From positions 1 through 58,793 of IMG/VR virus record IMGVR_UViG_3300017786_003035: DNA of 58,793 nucleotides. The stretch is one strand, 5' to 3'. The DNA is from a virus (lineage: Duplodnaviria; Caudoviricetes). Both the position numbers and the translations under genes were made by a program. The notes below the pieces were generated by a model that was given only the letters and a program-made list of their open reading frames with translations, was not told the DNA's origin and searched no databases. Of the stretch, positions 54,752 through 58,793 are shown piece by piece (the stretch's first letter is position 1; each line of letters starts with the position of its first letter).

Positions 54752-55897
54752 ATGAATAACGTATTAGTAATAGGCGATGTAATAATCGACAAATATATTT
54801 ATGGTACCTCTACACGTATCAGTCCTGAAGCGCCTGTGCCTGTAATAACTTATATTGAAGAAAAAGAAACAAGAGGTGGCGCAGGACTTGTATACGAAAA
54901 CTTAAAAAGTTTAGGTGTTAACGTTGACATGTTCGAAACACCTGGAGAAGTTAGTGTCAAAACTAGAATAATCTGCGACGGGCATTACATTACACGTATC
55001 GATGATGACGCACAAGCAAATGGAACAGAAGTTTTAAAACGAGTACAAGAAACTAATTTTTCTCAATACGATTATGTTATACTAAGTGACTACAACAAAG
55101 GTGTATTAGATGAAGCAAGAGAAATTATTAAACATATTAATACATTTAATTGTAAAGTAATTGTTGATCCTAAAGAAAATCAGTGGTTCTACGAAGGTGC
55201 TTGGCTAGTAAAACCTAACTACAGTGAATTTGAATCGTTGGAGTTTGACAATTGGCAAGGTAATATTATTACTACTAATGCCGGCGAAGAAGTTGTTGCT
55301 ACTATTGATGGTAAAAGATATGAAGTACCTGTTGATAATTTAGAAGTAGCAGATGTTACAGGTGCTGGTGATTGTTTTTTAGCAAGTTTTGTATATGCAC
55401 TTACTAAAGGATATAACTATGAAAAAGCAATAAAGATTGCCGTTCAAGGTTCAACTGAAAGTGTAAAACATGCTGGTACATATATTCTTAAAAAAGCTGA
55501 CTTAGAAGAAACTATTATATTTACAAATGGTGTTTTTGACATACTACATACAGGACATTTAAAATTACTCGAATATGCTAAGTCAAAAGGTAATAAACTT
55601 ATTGTAGGTATTAATAGTGATGAAAGTGTAAAACGTTTGAAAGGTTCTAATAGACCTGTTAACAATCATATGTTACGTAAAGAACAGTTACTAGCATTAC
55701 CTTGGGTAGACGAAGTACATATTTTTAAAGAAGATACTCCTTTAGAATTAATGAATTGGTTAAATCCGGACTTGATTATTAAGGGCGGTGACTATATAAT
55801 AAAGACTGTAGTAGGACATGAAAAATTTAATGTTGAAATTTTTCCTACAGTTGAAGGTAAATCAACAACAAGTATTATAGAGAAGATGAAAAAATGA
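54752..55897 (+). CDS. hldE: Bifunctional heptose-7-phosphate kinase / heptose-1-phosphate adenylyltransferase
   Basis: GD...D.Y, RISPEAPVPV, SDYNKG, DPK, DVTGAGD; TNGVFDILHTGH, NSD.SVKRLKG..RP, KGGDY, STT. Confidence 0.92.
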   Translation: MNNVLVIGDVIIDKYIYGTSTRISPEAPVPVITYIEEKETRGGAGLVYENLKSLGVNVDMFETPGEVSVKTRIICDGHYITRIDDDAQANGTEVLKRVQETNFSQYDYVILSDYNKGVLDEAREIIKHINTFNCKVIVDPKENQWFYEGAWLVKPNYSEFESLEFDNWQGNIITTNAGEEVVATIDGKRYEVPVDNLEVADVTGAGDCFLASFVYALTKGYNYEKAIKIAVQGSTESVKHAGTYILKKADLEETIIFTNGVFDILHTGHLKLLEYAKSKGNKLIVGINSDESVKRLKGSNRPVNNHMLRKEQLLALPWVDEVHIFKEDTPLELMNWLNPDLIIKGGDYIIKTVVGHEKFNVEIFPTVEGKSTTSIIEKMKK

Positions 55898-56721
55898 AAA
55901 TTTTAGTAACAGGACATAAAGGGTTTATTGGTAGCCAATTAGCAAACTACTTTCAGCATCAAGGTCATGAAGTTGAAGGATTTGAATTTGTAGAACATGT
56001 AGTACCTAATGTTGAAGCATATGATTGGGTAATACACACAGGCGCTATATCAGATACTACTGAGAGAGATGTTGATAAGGTATGGGCACAAAATTATGAA
56101 TTTACAATGCGTTTGTTACAAGTTTGTGAACATTTGGGTACAAACATACAACTTGCTAGTACAAGTGCTGTGTACGGTTCTAATACAGCGTTTAACGAGG
56201 AAGATCCTGTGTATCCGCAAACACCCTATGCTTGGAGCAAGTACTTAGTGGATAAGTTTTTAAAAGATAATGATACATCTGAATTTGGTATGTTAGTACA
56301 ATCATTTAGGTACTTTAATGTATACGGTCCAGGTGAAGGACATAAAGGCGACCAAATGAGTTTGGTTAGTAAGTTTCAAAAGCAAGCAAGTCAAGACGGT
56401 GTAATTAAATTATTTAAAAACAGTGATAAGTTTGAAAGAGATTGTGTATGTGTATACGACATTTGTAGAATCCATGAAATGATGATGAAACAAGATACTA
56501 GTGGTATCTTTAATGTAGGAACTGGAACTGCTAGGAACTTAGCAGAGATAGCAAAAGTTATTGCAGACAAGTATGATGCTAAGATCGAATACATTGATAT
56601 GCCAGATAAACTAAAAGGACAATATCAAGAATACACTTGTGCCGACAACACAAAGCTACATAATACTATACCAGTTAGACGCTGGATGACAATAGAGGAT
56701 TATTTAAATGGTGCCAACTAG
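55894..56721 (+). CDS. hldD: ADP-L-glycero-D-manno-heptose 6-epimerase
   Basis: TG..GFIG, GAISDTTE, NY, YAWSK, RYFNVYG..E.HKG, YQEYTCAD. Confidence 0.9.
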   Translation: MKILVTGHKGFIGSQLANYFQHQGHEVEGFEFVEHVVPNVEAYDWVIHTGAISDTTERDVDKVWAQNYEFTMRLLQVCEHLGTNIQLASTSAVYGSNTAFNEEDPVYPQTPYAWSKYLVDKFLKDNDTSEFGMLVQSFRYFNVYGPGEGHKGDQMSLVSKFQKQASQDGVIKLFKNSDKFERDCVCVYDICRIHEMMMKQDTSGIFNVGTGTARNLAEIAKVIADKYDAKIEYIDMPDKLKGQYQEYTCADNTKLHNTIPVRRWMTIEDYLNGAN

Positions 56722-57145
56722 ACTAGAAGGTAAAGTAGACAAAGGCTGGGGTTACGAATTAATCTGGGCTACAAACGAACAATACTGTGGAAAGATTATG
56801 GTATTTGAAAAGGTTGGAGCTAAATTTAGTATGCACTTTCATAAAGAAAAAGATGAAACTTGGTTTGTTAATAATGGCAGATTCTTATTAAATTATATTG
56901 ATACAGATACTGCTGAATATAAATCAAAAGAATTAACTGAAGGCATGACATGGAGAAATCCACCATTAATGCCGCATCAATTAGTTTGTATGGAACCTGG
57001 CAGTAGTGTTACTGAAGTAAGTACACCCGATAGTGTTGAAGATAATTATCGAATTGCTCCAGGTGATAGTCAAAAGTCTAAGCCACAAATAGAAACAGCA
57101 TCACCCGAAGATGATGCTGATAATTCTGTAACTACTACCCCTTAA
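56708..57145 (+). CDS. Cupin (sugar isomerase-like)
   Basis: KGWG.E, SMHFH..K.ETW, PHQL, EVST....D.YR. Confidence 0.8.
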   Translation: MVPTRLEGKVDKGWGYELIWATNEQYCGKIMVFEKVGAKFSMHFHKEKDETWFVNNGRFLLNYIDTDTAEYKSKELTEGMTWRNPPLMPHQLVCMEPGSSVTEVSTPDSVEDNYRIAPGDSQKSKPQIETASPEDDADNSVTTTP

Positions 57146-57151
57146 AAAAGA

Positions 57152-58792
57152 TTAAGCCTGAGCTTCACCCCACTTAATAATAATATTAGCGTTAACAGCT
57201 GAACCTGATGTTTTATAAACGTTCAGTGCTAGTACGTCTGGACCATTTGGGAAAGTACCTCTACCACCTAGTGTAGTATTTGTAAGTTCTTTCAATTGTC
57301 CTAGATCCAATGTAGATCTTTCTCCAGGTTGAGCAATGAATGAGAACACTGTTTCTCCTGGCTGTGCGTATGGAGGTTGACTAAATGTAAAGTTAAATAC
57401 ATCTCCTGGACTAACTGTACCGTTGTATGAATTATTGAAGTTTACCTTGTAGTATTCAAGACTTGCTCCAAACAAGAACGGTCCTTCAATGTATGATACA
57501 GTGGTGTTAGATGGAAAAGTAATATCGCCTTGGTTAGTTGGCGCTCCACCCGAGTCACCTAAGTCTGTACCTGCTTTTGCTCCACTTGCCTCCCAAACTG
57601 CTTTTGTAAAGAACGCATAGTTAGAATTTGATATGTTACCACCTTTTTGGAATGTTTGCGTAGCACCGTTACCACTATTACTATTAGATCTTTGTGTAAA
57701 GTAAACTAAGTATCTACCATAAATTGTTTGGTCAATAATCTGCTGAATTGTAGTACCACCTGGGAAGAATTCGTTTCCTCCTCCGTCAGCATTAACTTCA
57801 TCACCAACTTGTAAGTTAGCCGCTTCCCAACTATTTTGTGTAAAGTAAGCATAGTTTCTGTTTGTTCTAAATGACCACCATGGCATCAATTGTGCTGTTG
57901 TTGTAACCTGAGCCATAACTGCTGATGTACTATACGTTGCTGTATCACCACTGTTCCAGTTAGTAGAACCACCTGATGCTACTTGAGCAAAACTTGGCTG
58001 TCCACCTTGTGCTAGTCCTGACAATCCTGACCAACCAATGTCACTTGGGTTAAGTGGATAGTTCTGTGGATTCAAAATACCCTCAATAACTATACCGCCG
58101 TAAATGTTTGAATCGTCTGTTGGATCTTGTCCATCTGATGTAATCTCTAAACCTTGCATAAGCAACTGCGCTCTGTTTAATAGTTCTCTTTCACCTAAGT
58201 CTCCAACAATAGCGTTAGACACACTTGGTGCTAGTCTAAGTAAGAATGCTGTTTGTTTAGTTGTACTAATGTTTAGTCCTGTTTCTGTGTATGAGAAGAT
58301 ATAACCTCTATCTTCATCAAACATACCGTCTGTAATAAACGCTGAACCCCAGTGTGATATAAGTGGTGTAATTGTGTTACTAATTAAAATAACTCCAGTT
58401 CTAATATCGTGTCCGCTTGCCGCGCCTGCTGTATACTGTCTAGTTGCTCCAGCTTGGAAGTTCTGTAGGAACGTACCTCTTGTACAACCTGTAAGTGTAT
58501 TTGTAGCAATATTATTACCTGTGAAGCTAATAATTTCATTGTCAATATATACTGTACCACTTGTTGGGAAGAACTTAGATTCGTTTAATGGTATTGTAGT
58601 TTGTACAGAATCCATTGCCGTTTTCAATGAGTTTGTAGCACCTTCGTTTGTAACTTCATAACGCACAGGCAAGTTACCTGAACGCATAAACGCTTCTGTG
58701 TTTACGTTTGAGTTACGCATTCTGTGACAGAATACAAAGTTACCATCAGCACCACGTGCCATCCAGTCAATAAAACCAGCACCATACCAACT
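57152..58792 (-). CDS. Large virion structural protein, C-terminal part (5' end outside window)
   Basis: Frame stays open to the window end (SWYGAGFIDWMARG...); RSGNLPVRYE, SHWGS, G/S/T/N-rich beta repeats, terminal W.EAQA. Confidence 0.7.
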   Translation of the reverse strand, partial: SWYGAGFIDWMARGADGNFVFCHRMRNSNVNTEAFMRSGNLPVRYEVTNEGATNSLKTAMDSVQTTIPLNESKFFPTSGTVYIDNEIISFTGNNIATNTLTGCTRGTFLQNFQAGATRQYTAGAASGHDIRTGVILISNTITPLISHWGSAFITDGMFDEDRGYIFSYTETGLNISTTKQTAFLLRLAPSVSNAIVGDLGERELLNRAQLLMQGLEITSDGQDPTDDSNIYGGIVIEGILNPQNYPLNPSDIGWSGLSGLAQGGQPSFAQVASGGSTNWNSGDTATYSTSAVMAQVTTTAQLMPWWSFRTNRNYAYFTQNSWEAANLQVGDEVNADGGGNEFFPGGTTIQQIIDQTIYGRYLVYFTQRSNSNSGNGATQTFQKGGNISNSNYAFFTKAVWEASGAKAGTDLGDSGGAPTNQGDITFPSNTTVSYIEGPFLFGASLEYYKVNFNNSYNGTVSPGDVFNFTFSQPPYAQPGETVFSFIAQPGERSTLDLGQLKELTNTTLGGRGTFPNGPDVLALNVYKTSGSAVNANIIIKWGEAQA

Positions 58793-58793
58793 G

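Noticed and set aside
50355-55665. Minus-strand ORFs within the plus-strand gp15/halogenase/hldE block
   Set aside because: Antisense shadows of strongly supported genes.
1-58793. Alternative genetic code (stop-codon reassignment), as seen in some large phages
   Set aside because: Core genes are full length under the standard code, and TAA, TAG and TGA all terminate genes at sensible positions.
1-58793. tRNA genes, CRISPR arrays, IS elements, DGR template/variable repeats
   Set aside because: Intergenic gaps are short and I saw no cloverleaf, repeat-spacer array, transposase, reverse transcriptase or long near-identical repeat. A tRNAscan and self-dot-plot would confirm.

Overview
This window is a ~59 kb piece of an AT-rich, large T4-like (myovirus) bacteriophage genome. 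It is read with the standard genetic code, genes are densely packed and often coupled by ATGA-type overlaps, and most lie on the minus strand. Left part: replication genes (gp41-like helicase, gp61-like primase, putative gp62 clamp-loader subunit, UvsW). These are mixed with accessory genes: half of a NodU/CmcH carbamoyltransferase, a 186-aa core of a C-family (DnaE) polymerase, a SutA-like peptide, a peptide deformylase homologue lacking its metal ligands, KdsA/KdsB, a YhhQ/VUT transporter and cupins. Middle: a ~15 kb glycan island of 20 genes (glycosyltransferases, methyltransferases, two cytidylyltransferase fusions, a Maf/DUF115 protein), then uvsY, uvsX and gp32. Right part: late genes (terminase, gp4, tail tube, a very large tail sheath, neck gp13/14/15), a dNMP kinase, Nudix, two flavin-dependent halogenase-like genes, hldE/hldD and a truncated virion protein. 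Both sigma70-type promoters and T4-late-type TAAATA boxes are visible, and many are positioned to give leaderless mRNAs. No tRNA, rRNA, CRISPR array, intein or IS element was recognised. All product calls come from motif recognition by eye; no database search was run.
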